A program made the translations under genes and the position numbers. A model generated the notes under the pieces. That model was not told where the DNA came from. It was given only the letters and a program-made list of their open reading frames with translations, and made no database searches. A stretch of 64,000 nucleotides of DNA from a virus, in IMG/VR virus record IMGVR_UViG_3300027763_000032, positions 1 to 64,000 of that record; one strand, 5' to 3'. Every line of letters starts with the position of its first letter. The stretch's first letter is position 1. Positions 19,906 to 29,800 of this stretch are shown piece by piece.

Positions 19906-21429
19906 ATGAGCCAATTGCTTTCCATTGTTGATGATAAAATTGTTATTGAAAAACTAAGTCTAAAATATCTAGACGGCAACACTACGCACGTCGGAACATT
20001 AGATATCAAAGGTGGCTTAAAAGTTGTTCAGAGCGTATCATTCGACACTGATCTTAGAGTACGAGGTACTTTAGACGTCGACACTATTAATGTTAAAAAT
20101 CTTAATAGAGGTGATGCAAGTCAACTAGATGCGTTTACCTTTTCAGCAGAAGCAGAGTCAGGATTAGACGGCCGAGGCGTAGTTTGGGGCATTGGCGATA
20201 CTTCATATCAATTGATATTTAAAGCACAGCCCCGTAGAATTTATTCAAGTGAATCTTTTGACATTGGTAAAAATTCCAAATATCAAATTGACGGTGTTGA
20301 CGTATTGCTACAAGATAGATTAGGCAATTCAATTAAACACTCAAAATTAACTGAAGTTGGTACACTCACCGGACTAGAAGTAGACGGCAATACTAACCTA
20401 GGCAATACAATAATTGTAAACAGCTACTTGAATCGTGTTGGCATTAATACTGAAATCCCAAATGCGGCATTTAGCGTTATGGAAAACGGTATTGAGATCG
20501 TTGTTGGTACAGAAGACAACCGTGCTGTTATTGGAACTTGGGGGAATCAAGCATTAGATATTATTACAGATAACACTTCTAGAATTAACATCCAAGGTAA
20601 TACAGTAACATTTGGCAGCGAGGCCAGTAAAAACGCACAGGTTAAAATTAACGGTACACTAACAGTAGATAGTATTGTCAGCGATGTTCGAGTTGAAAGA
20701 ACTGCACCTATTGAGTTTTTAGAAGATAATAATAGTGGAGTATACGGTAAAGGATTAATTTGGAGATCTAAAGGCAACAGTTCTAGACAGTTCTTTTTAA
20801 TGCCAAACCCAGATAGATTCTATAGCACCGAGTCTATTGACCTAGCTAGTGGAAATTATTTTAGCATTGCTAAGAATCTAGTTATTAGTGAAACAGCATT
20901 AGGTGCCGGTGTTAAAAATAGTAATTTAGAAACACTAGGCACATTATCAAATCTAACAGTTGGCGGTGATGTTAATCTAAATGACGCATTAAAAGTTGTT
21001 AACTCAGAAGCCGTTGCCAACAGATTATTTACTGTAGCGTCTGGAGATGTTAGTCTTAGATTAACTGCTGACAGCATCAATGCTAGCGACAGCATTAGAG
21101 TGTTTGTAAAAGAAACACAAGAACTAGCTATTACTGATAACGGTATTACTATTGGTAATAAAAACAATACTGCTAGAACTATTAACGCATATGGTAAACT
21201 AGCAGTAAACATTACTCATCCAGATCCAGACGCGGCATTTAGTGTCGACGGACCGGTGGTAATGAATGGCAAAAAGTTTGTAACCACAGACGCTATGCCA
21301 ACTACCGGCGAATGGAACGTTGGAGATATTGCTTGGAACTCTACACCACAGACATCTAGCTATATTGGTTGGGTATGTGTTACTAGCGGAAACCCGGGCA
21401 TTTGGAAACCGTTTGGGCAGATTGCCTAA
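19906..21429 (+). CDS. tail-fibre-like / beta-rich virion protein
   Basis: 507 aa with internal duplication (SNLETLGTLSNLTVGG / SKLTEVGTLTGLEVDG); C-terminal PTTGEWNVGDIAWN...GWVC...G.WKPFG motif; late promoter. Confidence 0.75.
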   Translation: MSQLLSIVDDKIVIEKLSLKYLDGNTTHVGTLDIKGGLKVVQSVSFDTDLRVRGTLDVDTINVKNLNRGDASQLDAFTFSAEAESGLDGRGVVWGIGDTSYQLIFKAQPRRIYSSESFDIGKNSKYQIDGVDVLLQDRLGNSIKHSKLTEVGTLTGLEVDGNTNLGNTIIVNSYLNRVGINTEIPNAAFSVMENGIEIVVGTEDNRAVIGTWGNQALDIITDNTSRINIQGNTVTFGSEASKNAQVKINGTLTVDSIVSDVRVERTAPIEFLEDNNSGVYGKGLIWRSKGNSSRQFFLMPNPDRFYSTESIDLASGNYFSIAKNLVISETALGAGVKNSNLETLGTLSNLTVGGDVNLNDALKVVNSEAVANRLFTVASGDVSLRLTADSINASDSIRVFVKETQELAITDNGITIGNKNNTARTINAYGKLAVNITHPDPDAAFSVDGPVVMNGKKFVTTDAMPTTGEWNVGDIAWNSTPQTSSYIGWVCVTSGNPGIWKPFGQIA

Positions 21430-21438
21430 CCATAATCA

Positions 21439-21466
21439 TTGACTTTGTCTAGTAAGAGTGTATAAT
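21439..21466 (+). promoter_or_regulatory. sigma70-type promoter for queD with 10-bp inverted repeat
   Basis: TTGACT-16 nt-TATAAT; TGTCTAGTAA(21446-21455)/TTACTAGACA(21466-21475). Confidence 0.75.
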
Positions 21467-21482
21467 TACTAGACACACACAA

Positions 21483-21527
21483 AGAGGACTCTATGGCATC
21501 ATCCCTCTATAAACACTCTGCAGTCAT
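21483..21527 (+). ncRNA. candidate preQ1-I-like riboswitch aptamer (variant)
   Basis: AGAGG...CCCUCU stem followed by AUAAACAC, as in preQ1-I; lies in the 5' UTR of queD; loop longer than canonical. Confidence 0.5.
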
Positions 21528-21559
21528 CAAACTTGCTACCTTAATAAAGGAGACTAGAG

Positions 21560-22075
21560 ATGGCAAAATTTTACTCAACAAAAACTTACGGCAACGATAG
21601 GGGTCTATCATGCTGTTTTAGACAGTGGAGAGCGACCCATAGTCACTGCTCAACACTTCACGGATACTCAATCGGTATTAAACTCGTATTCGAATGCGAT
21701 ACGCTAGATGACAAAAACTGGTGTATGGACTTTGGCGGTCTCAAGGAATTCAAAGCATGGGCAGACTACATGTTTGATCATACGCTAGTAATTGCGTTTG
21801 ATGACCCTATGATGCCTTTTTTCAAACAAATGGCCGCACAAATCAATATGGGCTCTGAAGATCCTCGTAGCGATATTCCACACAAGCGAGGTGCTATTTG
21901 CGATCTTAGAGTAGTAGATGGTGTAGGTTGTGAAATGTTTGCCAAAATGGCATACGATAAAATGGCTGAACTTTTGGCTAGTGGCGATATGCGCTATCCA
22001 ATTAATCCAACAGTTAGGATCAAATCAGTTGAAGTATTTGAACATGGTGCTAACTCAGCTACATACGAAGGCTAA
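21560..22075 (+). CDS. queD: 6-carboxy-5,6,7,8-tetrahydropterin synthase (QueD/PTPS family)
   Basis: HCSTLHGY, MDFGGLK, FDHT, VEVFEHGAN motifs; AAGGAG RBS. Confidence 0.92.
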   Translation: MAKFYSTKTYGNDRGLSCCFRQWRATHSHCSTLHGYSIGIKLVFECDTLDDKNWCMDFGGLKEFKAWADYMFDHTLVIAFDDPMMPFFKQMAAQINMGSEDPRSDIPHKRGAICDLRVVDGVGCEMFAKMAYDKMAELLASGDMRYPINPTVRIKSVEVFEHGANSATYEG

Positions 22076-22087
22076 CAACTTTTGGAC

Positions 22088-22116
22088 TTGACTTAAATAG
22101 ACATACATGCTATAAT
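22088..22116 (+). promoter_or_regulatory. sigma70-type promoter (extended -10) for uvsE
   Basis: TTGACT-17 nt-TATAAT preceded by TGC. Confidence 0.8.
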
Positions 22117-22135
22117 GCTGTATGTCTATTTTTTT
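22095..22135 (+). terminator. intrinsic terminator after queD, overlapping the uvsE promoter
   Basis: 13-bp arms AAATAGACATACA/TGTATGTCTATTT plus T-tract. Confidence 0.75.
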
Positions 22136-22146
22136 GATTGGTAGCT

Positions 22147-23175
22147 ATGATTAAGCGTATTGGATTTGCTTGTAAATGGATTGACGGGCCTAGCCAGATT
22201 AATGGCATTAAACAGACAGATACTGCCAAACAGTACAATACAAGTACCACAACAGTGGCATGGCTTAAAAGGCAAGACCGTGCAGTAGCAGAACAAAAGC
22301 TATGGGACCTAATGGTAGGTAACTTAGACGCTGTGCAAAAGCTCGTTGATCGAGTAGGAGAGTTAGATGAAAATCGTAGGATGGTGCGCCTTAGCAGTGA
22401 TATTCTCCCTGTTTATACCGAGCCCACTTTCAGTTATTTCTGGCGCAGGCCCGATGTTATTGATTATCTTGACCGGAACTTTATCCTTATCGGGGATAGT
22501 GCTCGTGCAAGCAATACCCGTCTTTCTTTTCATCCTGGCCAGTTTACTGTTCTTGCTAGCATTAATGAAGGTATTGTCCAAAGATCAATAGAGGAGTTTG
22601 AATATCATGCCGATATGGTCAGATACATGGGCTACGGTAAGGCCTTCCAGGATTTTAAAATCAACGTACACATCTCGGGTAAACAAGGTCCCCAAGGTAT
22701 TCGATCTGCCTACAAACGCCTTACCTCCGAAGCCCGGAATTGTATTACAATTGAAAACGAAGAAAACGCATGGGGGTTAAATGATTGTCTTGAGCTTGGT
22801 GATATCTTGCCTATTGTTATGGATATTCACCACCATTGGATCAGGGAAGGTGCATACATTACACCAGAAGATGATCGAGTACAACGTGTTATTGATAGTT
22901 GGCGGGGTGTTCGCCCTACTATGCATTACTCAGTTAGTCGTGAAGACATCTTAGTTGGTCACGATCCTTTTACGATGCCGGATCATGCTCTGCTACTAGA
23001 ACAAGGATACAAGAAACAAAAGATGCGGGCTCATTCAAACTTTTATTGGAATATGCCAGTCAATCAGTGGGCATTAAGTTTCTTAGAGCACTTTGACATC
23101 ATGTGCGAATCTAAAGCGAAAAACCTAGCAAGTGCTAGGCTATTCGAACAAGCTAAAGAACTAGATCTTATTTAG
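22147..23175 (+). CDS. uvsE: UV DNA damage endonuclease (UvsE/UVDE)
   Basis: RIGFAC, RLSSD, HPGQF, IHISG, ENEE, DIHHH, HYS, MCESKAK motifs; start taken at ATG 22147. Confidence 0.93.
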   Translation: MIKRIGFACKWIDGPSQINGIKQTDTAKQYNTSTTTVAWLKRQDRAVAEQKLWDLMVGNLDAVQKLVDRVGELDENRRMVRLSSDILPVYTEPTFSYFWRRPDVIDYLDRNFILIGDSARASNTRLSFHPGQFTVLASINEGIVQRSIEEFEYHADMVRYMGYGKAFQDFKINVHISGKQGPQGIRSAYKRLTSEARNCITIENEENAWGLNDCLELGDILPIVMDIHHHWIREGAYITPEDDRVQRVIDSWRGVRPTMHYSVSREDILVGHDPFTMPDHALLLEQGYKKQKMRAHSNFYWNMPVNQWALSFLEHFDIMCESKAKNLASARLFEQAKELDLI

Positions 23176-23422
23176 GTGCTTTTGGGGCACGTGGCTTCTT
23201 GACAGCAGGAGCCTTTTTAGCAGCCGGTGCTTTCTTAGCAGCCGGCTTTTTCTTAGCTGGTGCTTCAGCTACTACCGGGATTGCTTCTGCTATAGGAGCA
23301 ACTTCCACTGCTGGTGCTACTTCAACTACTGGTGCTACTTCAACTTTATACTCAGCTACTGGAGCTGGTGTCTCTACAACTGCTGGCTTGCCTGTAAAGA
23401 ACTCTTTGATTGCTTTGAACAT
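23168..23422 (-). CDS. small Ala/Pro/Lys-rich histone-H1-like protein
   Basis: Acidic APVVEV repeats then PAKKKPAAKKAPAAKKAPAVKKPR; GGAGG RBS and TATAAATA upstream on the minus strand. Confidence 0.8.
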   Translation of the reverse strand: MFKAIKEFFTGKPAVVETPAPVAEYKVEVAPVVEVAPAVEVAPIAEAIPVVAEAPAKKKPAAKKAPAAKKAPAVKKPRAPKAPK

Positions 23423-23444
23423 TTTAATGTCCTCCTTGTTAGTT

Positions 23445-23452
23445 TATTTATA
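23445..23452 (-). promoter_or_regulatory. canonical T4 late promoter TATAAATA
   Basis: TATTTATA on the + strand. Confidence 0.75.
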
Positions 23453-23735
23453 ATCTGCTAATATCATCTAGACTGCTAACGGGCGTATCCCATATATGTT
23501 TTCGTTCTACACCACGCTTTTGAGCAAAGCGTTTACTATCGCAGTTTTTACACACATGAAAGTAGTTATTACTAAGTCTAGCAGGATCCATTGATCCCTT
23601 TGACCTAGTAAAAATTTCTTTGCAGTTATCACAACGTAATACTACTATAGATTTTTTGCGTTCATACTCATGTTTATGCCCTAGCTTGCTAGTTCTTTCG
23701 TGTAGTGTTTTTTCTATATCAATTCTGATGAACAT
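23448..23735 (-). CDS. Zn-ribbon protein (CxxC...CxxC)
   Basis: RCDNC...VCKNC; GTAAATA motif at 23742-23748 (-). Confidence 0.75.
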   Translation of the reverse strand: MFIRIDIEKTLHERTSKLGHKHEYERKKSIVVLRCDNCKEIFTRSKGSMDPARLSNNYFHVCKNCDSKRFAQKRGVERKHIWDTPVSSLDDISRL

Positions 23736-23770
23736 ATAGTGTATTTACATTAAGGTTATAAAACGGAAAG

Positions 23771-23777
23771 ATAAATA
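23771..23777 (+). promoter_or_regulatory. late promoter motif ATAAATA
   Basis: Upstream of fibre 2; divergent from a minus-strand GTAAATA. Confidence 0.7.
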
Positions 23778-23806
23778 TCATATACAAAGACTTATTGGAG
23801 CATTCA

Positions 23807-26800
23807 ATGGCACGTAAAATAGTAGACATCGGCGTAGAAGGTAATGACGGTACTGGTGACAGTATTCGCGAAGGTTTTAGAAAAACCAACGAAAATTTTA
23901 AAGAAATCTATGCTGTATTTGGACAAGAAGGTACCTTATCATTCTTAAGTTTAGGTGACGTAGAAGCTGGACAGCGTGAAAATTATTCTGCTATAGCAAA
24001 TCAGTTACCGATTGTTAACAATCAAGGTAACGGAATAAAGTTCAAACCTCTAGTGGGCGCCGCTGGTTTGACTATTACATACCCAGATGATCCGGCTGAT
24101 CCCAACTATAACAAAATTGTTCTAACACAACAACGTGCAGTAGCAGAATTAGGCTCAGCTGATGCGGCTGGTAAATTTGGAAATTCCGTTGATGCCCAGG
24201 GATTTGTCTTTGGAAATATTGCAGATCCAACACAACAGAATGTGTTAAATTGGAATACTGCATTTGAACGCAGTGGACAGACTGTTATTGGGGCTGAAAA
24301 GTTTCCAGTTACATTAGGATTTGCAGACAACAGATACATCAATAAAGGTACAATACCTGGCGAAGTTGCGGATGCAATGGTAGGTTATCTTGCTGTTCCG
24401 GCAGGTGCGAGTGGAGATCAAGTACCACAGGCCGCGGAAACTGTATTGAAAGCTGGTGCAACAATGACCGGCAAACTGTTCCTAAACGATCATCCAGGTG
24501 ATCTAGCAGGTGCAGGTAACCCTATTGGCCTTGACGACAAACAAGCCGCTACCAAATACTACGTAGACACAACTGCATACTCAAGTAAAGTTAACTTGTA
24601 TGTTAGTACTAGTGGTGACGATTCACAACGTAAAACTCCCGTGGGTAAAGAAGGCCGAGCATTTGCATATGCTTATGCCAGCGTAGTTGCCGCGTGTTTA
24701 AAAGCCGAACAACTTATTGATGAGAGTCCATGGGAAACAGGTCCGTATCGTCAATTGATTGCATACGGCGGTGCCAAATATTATTCAGAAATTACGCCAG
24801 GTGGTATTATCATTGGTGGCGGTTTAAACGGAACTACACGTATTAAATTTACTAACGATAATGGTAGTCCAGTTGATCAAGGTATTGCAAACAATAGAGA
24901 TATTATTCCAGGTAAGCTAGTAGTTGGCCGAGAAAGTGGCGCAAGAGGTTTCATTGTAAAATATGGAACTATCGACGATACTGACTACGTTGACCTACGA
25001 GATGTAACTGGATCTTTTGCTGTTGGCGAAAACCTGTTCTTTGACCAAGCTGTTAAGCGTTTAGAAATTTCAATCTTCATCGAGTCAGGTAACTACTATG
25101 AAGACTATCCTATCCGTATTCCACGTAACTGTTCTATTCTAGGTGATGAATTCCGTCGTACAGTTATTCGTCCTGCTGATCGAGTAAGTAGAAGCCCGTG
25201 GGCAGGTACTTGGTTCTACCGTGATTTAGAATTCGATAACCTAAAGATTGCAGAAACAGAATGGGGTTATCATTATCTATCAGACCCAACTAACAAGGCA
25301 TCTACTCCAAAGAACAACAAAGACATAGATGTGTTCTTATGTAATGATGCTACTATTATTCGTCAGATCAGCTGTCAAGGTCACGGCGGATTTATGATGG
25401 TACTTGATCCTAACGGTCAAATTTTAACCAAGTCGCCCTACTGTCAACAGTCGGGCTGTTTCTCTGGATCTCTAAACAAACAAGCGTTCCGAGGCGGTCA
25501 ATATGTTGACGGACAAGCAGGAAGCATGCCTGTAACTTCAGTCAGTACTAACGTAGATAAAACTGAAATCACAGTCACTGATGCATTCCGTATACCACAA
25601 ACTCCTACAGCGTTCTTTGTTAAAGGTAAACGCTACAAGATTGACACCTTTACCGATAACGGTTTAGGATACCGCGGTGCTAGAGAACTACTGTTATTAA
25701 ACAAAGAATTTATTGTTGCTGAAACTATTGCTTACATTGACGATGTTATTACTCCAACATTTACATATGACTCTATTAAATTCAGCCAAGCTGTAGGTTC
25801 TATTATCAATGCAGTTGCATGGGATGTAGTATTTGACAGTAATGTACAGTCTATTCTAGTAGCTCAAGAATATTATGTAAGAAGTAATTATACAACTTTT
25901 GCTTCAGAGAAAACACAAACATTAGTTGCACTTGAATTTGTAAAAGATTCTCTAGTAGATCTGTTGTCTTCAAATGCAACAGCGGCAGCTCGTGCTAGTG
26001 CGAAGATGGACATAATATTACAAATTCTTACCAACGGCGTCAACGACCGTGCTATCTTAGATGCAAGCTCATGGAGCTATAATGGCACTACCATTACTGT
26101 GACTAAATCAAGCGGTCACGGTTTAGGTGCTGGCTGGTCTGTTAAGATCGTTGATGCTACTGCAACAACTAATGCACCTAACGGTACATTCAATGTTGCT
26201 TCTATTGTTAATGCTAATACCTTTACATATACAGTTACTAACGCACCAACTGGAACAGCCGGTGGCAACATTAGATTCACTAGCTCTCCAGTGCCAATTA
26301 GATCAATTCCAAATCCGCCAGTTGATCCACAGGCATTGCCTGCTACTACCCTAGGAATTCAAAATAGTCTTGCATTATTAATTGCCAACAGAGAGTTAAT
26401 CAAAGCAGAATATATTGCATATATTCAAACTTACTATTCTGATTTCCTATTCGGAACTATTGGCGTTACTGGCTATCTTAGAGATGCTGACAGAATTGTC
26501 AATGCGGTAATATATGATTCTATCTACGGCGGTACTAGTCAAACTGTACTAGTGTCTAAAAACTTCTTTGACCTTGAAGGCAAGTCAAAAATATCTACTG
26601 AAGTTACACAAATATATAATGCGTTAGAATGGATCAGAGATGTTGCCAAACAAGTAGTTACCAATACTCAAATTACAGGTCTGTTACAGGTATCAGTTCC
26701 CCAGGTAAGAGGAACTGCTGGAACTTTAGAAATTTCTACTATTATAGAAGATAATTTTGATTCTGTAGTCACTGCTGTTAGATTTGGAGAAGATACTCTT

Positions 26801-29800
26801 CCTGCTGTGTCATATCCAAGAATTGAAAACGTTGCTACAAGTTTACAGTCAGCAAAAAGTTTATTAGATATAAATGCAGGCAATATCCGTTCAAATACTA
26901 TTTCGTTTATCAATAACAAATATCTATATGACGTGGCGGCTGCACAACGAGACATTAGATTCCTAGTAGATGATCTAGCACATGACATTGTCTACACTGG
27001 TGATCTAAAAATGGTAGAGCACGGACTAGGCTACTTTGTCGGTGATGCAAAACTTGTTAGCGATCCTGAGCGTCCAAGAACACTGGCTATTCTTGATTAC
27101 ATACAAGATCTAGCATTAGCCATTGTTGACAACGTTTCTATTCCAAATCCACAATTAACTAAAGTTGGTAGTTTAATTGTTGGTCAAACTTATAAAATTA
27201 ATAATGCTGGATCGACTATCTGGACAGCATTAGGTTCTGCAGACAATTTACATAATACTGTCTTTACTGCAACTGCCACTGGAACCGTAAACGCTACACA
27301 AGTTGTTCTGGGTCGTGCATATACTATTGTATCTAGAGGAAGTCCAACTAATTTAACTAACTATATCAGCATGGGTTCTTCAAGCAATGCTATAGGAACT
27401 TCGTTTATTGCCACTGCCGTAGGTACCGGTACTGGCGTTCTTACACAGGGAACAGGAGATGCTAGACTTGCTAGTGGTAGTGATTTCTATAGAAGACAAT
27501 TTGGTATAAGTCAAACAATTCAATTAATATCAAGCGGAGCAGGTCCCGCTACTATTGTACCAAGTTTAACATGGGTCAATACTAACCTAGTAAATGCTTT
27601 CCAAAAATTACAAGACGACAAAGCAATAATTCAAGCGGCAGTCATTACTTGGATCAATGGCAACATAGTATCAAACGTTACTAATCCAAATAGCATATGG
27701 TATGGCTTTAGTTATAACAGTGGCACTTGTAGTCGAGACGTGGGATTCGTTATTGATGCTGTTGGTTACGACATGATGTTTAACAGCAACTTCCGTAGTA
27801 GTAAAGCTGGTATGGCCTACTACAGAGGAGTGGTCAGCGCCGCGCTAGTACGAAGTAATCAACTACCGCAGACTGTAGCTTCGTTCGTTTACTTAAAGAA
27901 TTATCTATTATCAACTGTTACGGCAGCGGCCTTTGGCGAGACAGCCAATACTAGAGTTGGCGATAAAATGGATGTTGTCATAGACATCGTTACAAATGGA
28001 TTAGGTGCAGTTCCTGCATTTACATTACCAAACCCAACAGGATTTAGTATTGACTATAGCAATGCTAGAAGATTAATCAGCGACAATAAGGCATTTATTA
28101 TTGATGAGATCACGCAATGGATTGCCGCACAGATTGTTGGAAATATTACACCGTTCACTACACAGTTCCAATACGATTCAGTAAAGTGTGCTCGTGATGT
28201 TGGATATATTATTGATGCTATCCTATATGATTTAACCTATGGTGGAAATTTAGAAACTATTGTTGCGGCCAATGCATACTTTGTAGGATCCAATACCACA
28301 TTAGGTGCAGACCAAAAAGATAAAACCATTGCCGCATATGCTCGATTAAAAGAAGTTATTGGTAAAGTTGCACAGGCTGTTCAAGTATTAGATAAAAATA
28401 CTGCCATTGCACAGACTACCGCAGTAAGTGGCGGCGGATTAACTACTTCGGTAGCATTTGCTCAAGCTCGTGTTCAAGATATTATTAAACAAATTAATAT
28501 CACAGCAGTTGACAGTAAACCTCAATTAGAGTCGTTAATTAGCACTACTAGAGAAATGGTTGCTAATACTAAACCAGAAGGATATGTATCTGCTAAAAAC
28601 TTATTAGTAGCCAACCGTGCATTTATTCAAGCTGAAGTGTACAATTATCTAACAAATACTTACACATTCACTATTACTCAAACAACAAATAATCAACTGG
28701 TGACAGCTAGTACTGCTAAGATGAGAGTCGGTATGCCGGTTAAGTTTCTTGGTACTGATCCGTTTGAACAAACAATTTTATCAGCATCAACTCCGTTGTT
28801 AGTAGACGGCAAATATGTAGTTACTTTTGAATTTGTAAGACAACGAGTTAGACCAGATTCAACAAAAGAATATGAGATTCAAGGAAATGCCAACGGCTTA
28901 TACAATTTAATTGTACCGGTTGCTATTGTACCTGATCAATCAACTACTGATACTTCAACTACTAGTATCACCGTAGTGTATCCGTTTAATCCCGGAGTGT
29001 TTGACTATGCTAATCAAACAACTATTCGCGTGTCAGGCGGAACATTTGGCGGTGTAAATCGTGATGCCAAGTATTATGTTAAACAAATTGTCAGCGGCAC
29101 TAATTTTACAATCTCAGAAACTATTAGTGGCGGAACTCCTGGATCGGTATTTTCATTAGACAGTGATACCGGAACAATGTATTGCTCGTTTGCATTTGAT
29201 GAAGCTACTTGCAGAAGAGATACTGGCTTCTTAGTTAGTAACATTTCAACTGACATATTATACGGCGGTCGTTATAATACTATTAAGTCTGGTAAGAGAT
29301 ACTTGGTTGCAAGTTCTGTATTAGTTGTAACAGAACAAAGTGTTGAGTGTCGAGCCGGTATTACTTATATTGATACTCTAGCACAGCGTATTATTAACAA
29401 TCAAGCACCATTAGTAAATTATCAATCATTAAACAATGTTAACCCTAATGATGTTGTTGCTCAAGTTATAGACACTGACTTTGCAGGTGGATCTGCGGCA
29501 GGCCCTACTATCACCGGATTAGTTCAACTAGTAAACAACATTATTCTAAACGGAAAAATATGGGCAGAAAGTTTTATTAATATTCCGGATGCAGTAGTAT
29601 ATCCAAAATATGTTTTACAATTAAATCAAGATACCCCGTATAGTACAGATGCATCTGGACCACTCCCAGACGAACTAGTTCTGCAGGCAGCTGGTAATAC
29701 AAGTATGTTGTCCAATGACTGGACACAGTTAAACGACTTGGCCTACGGTCTAGTTGCTACAAACAACGGATTGATTGAAACTGTTTCTGTGTTTACTTAC

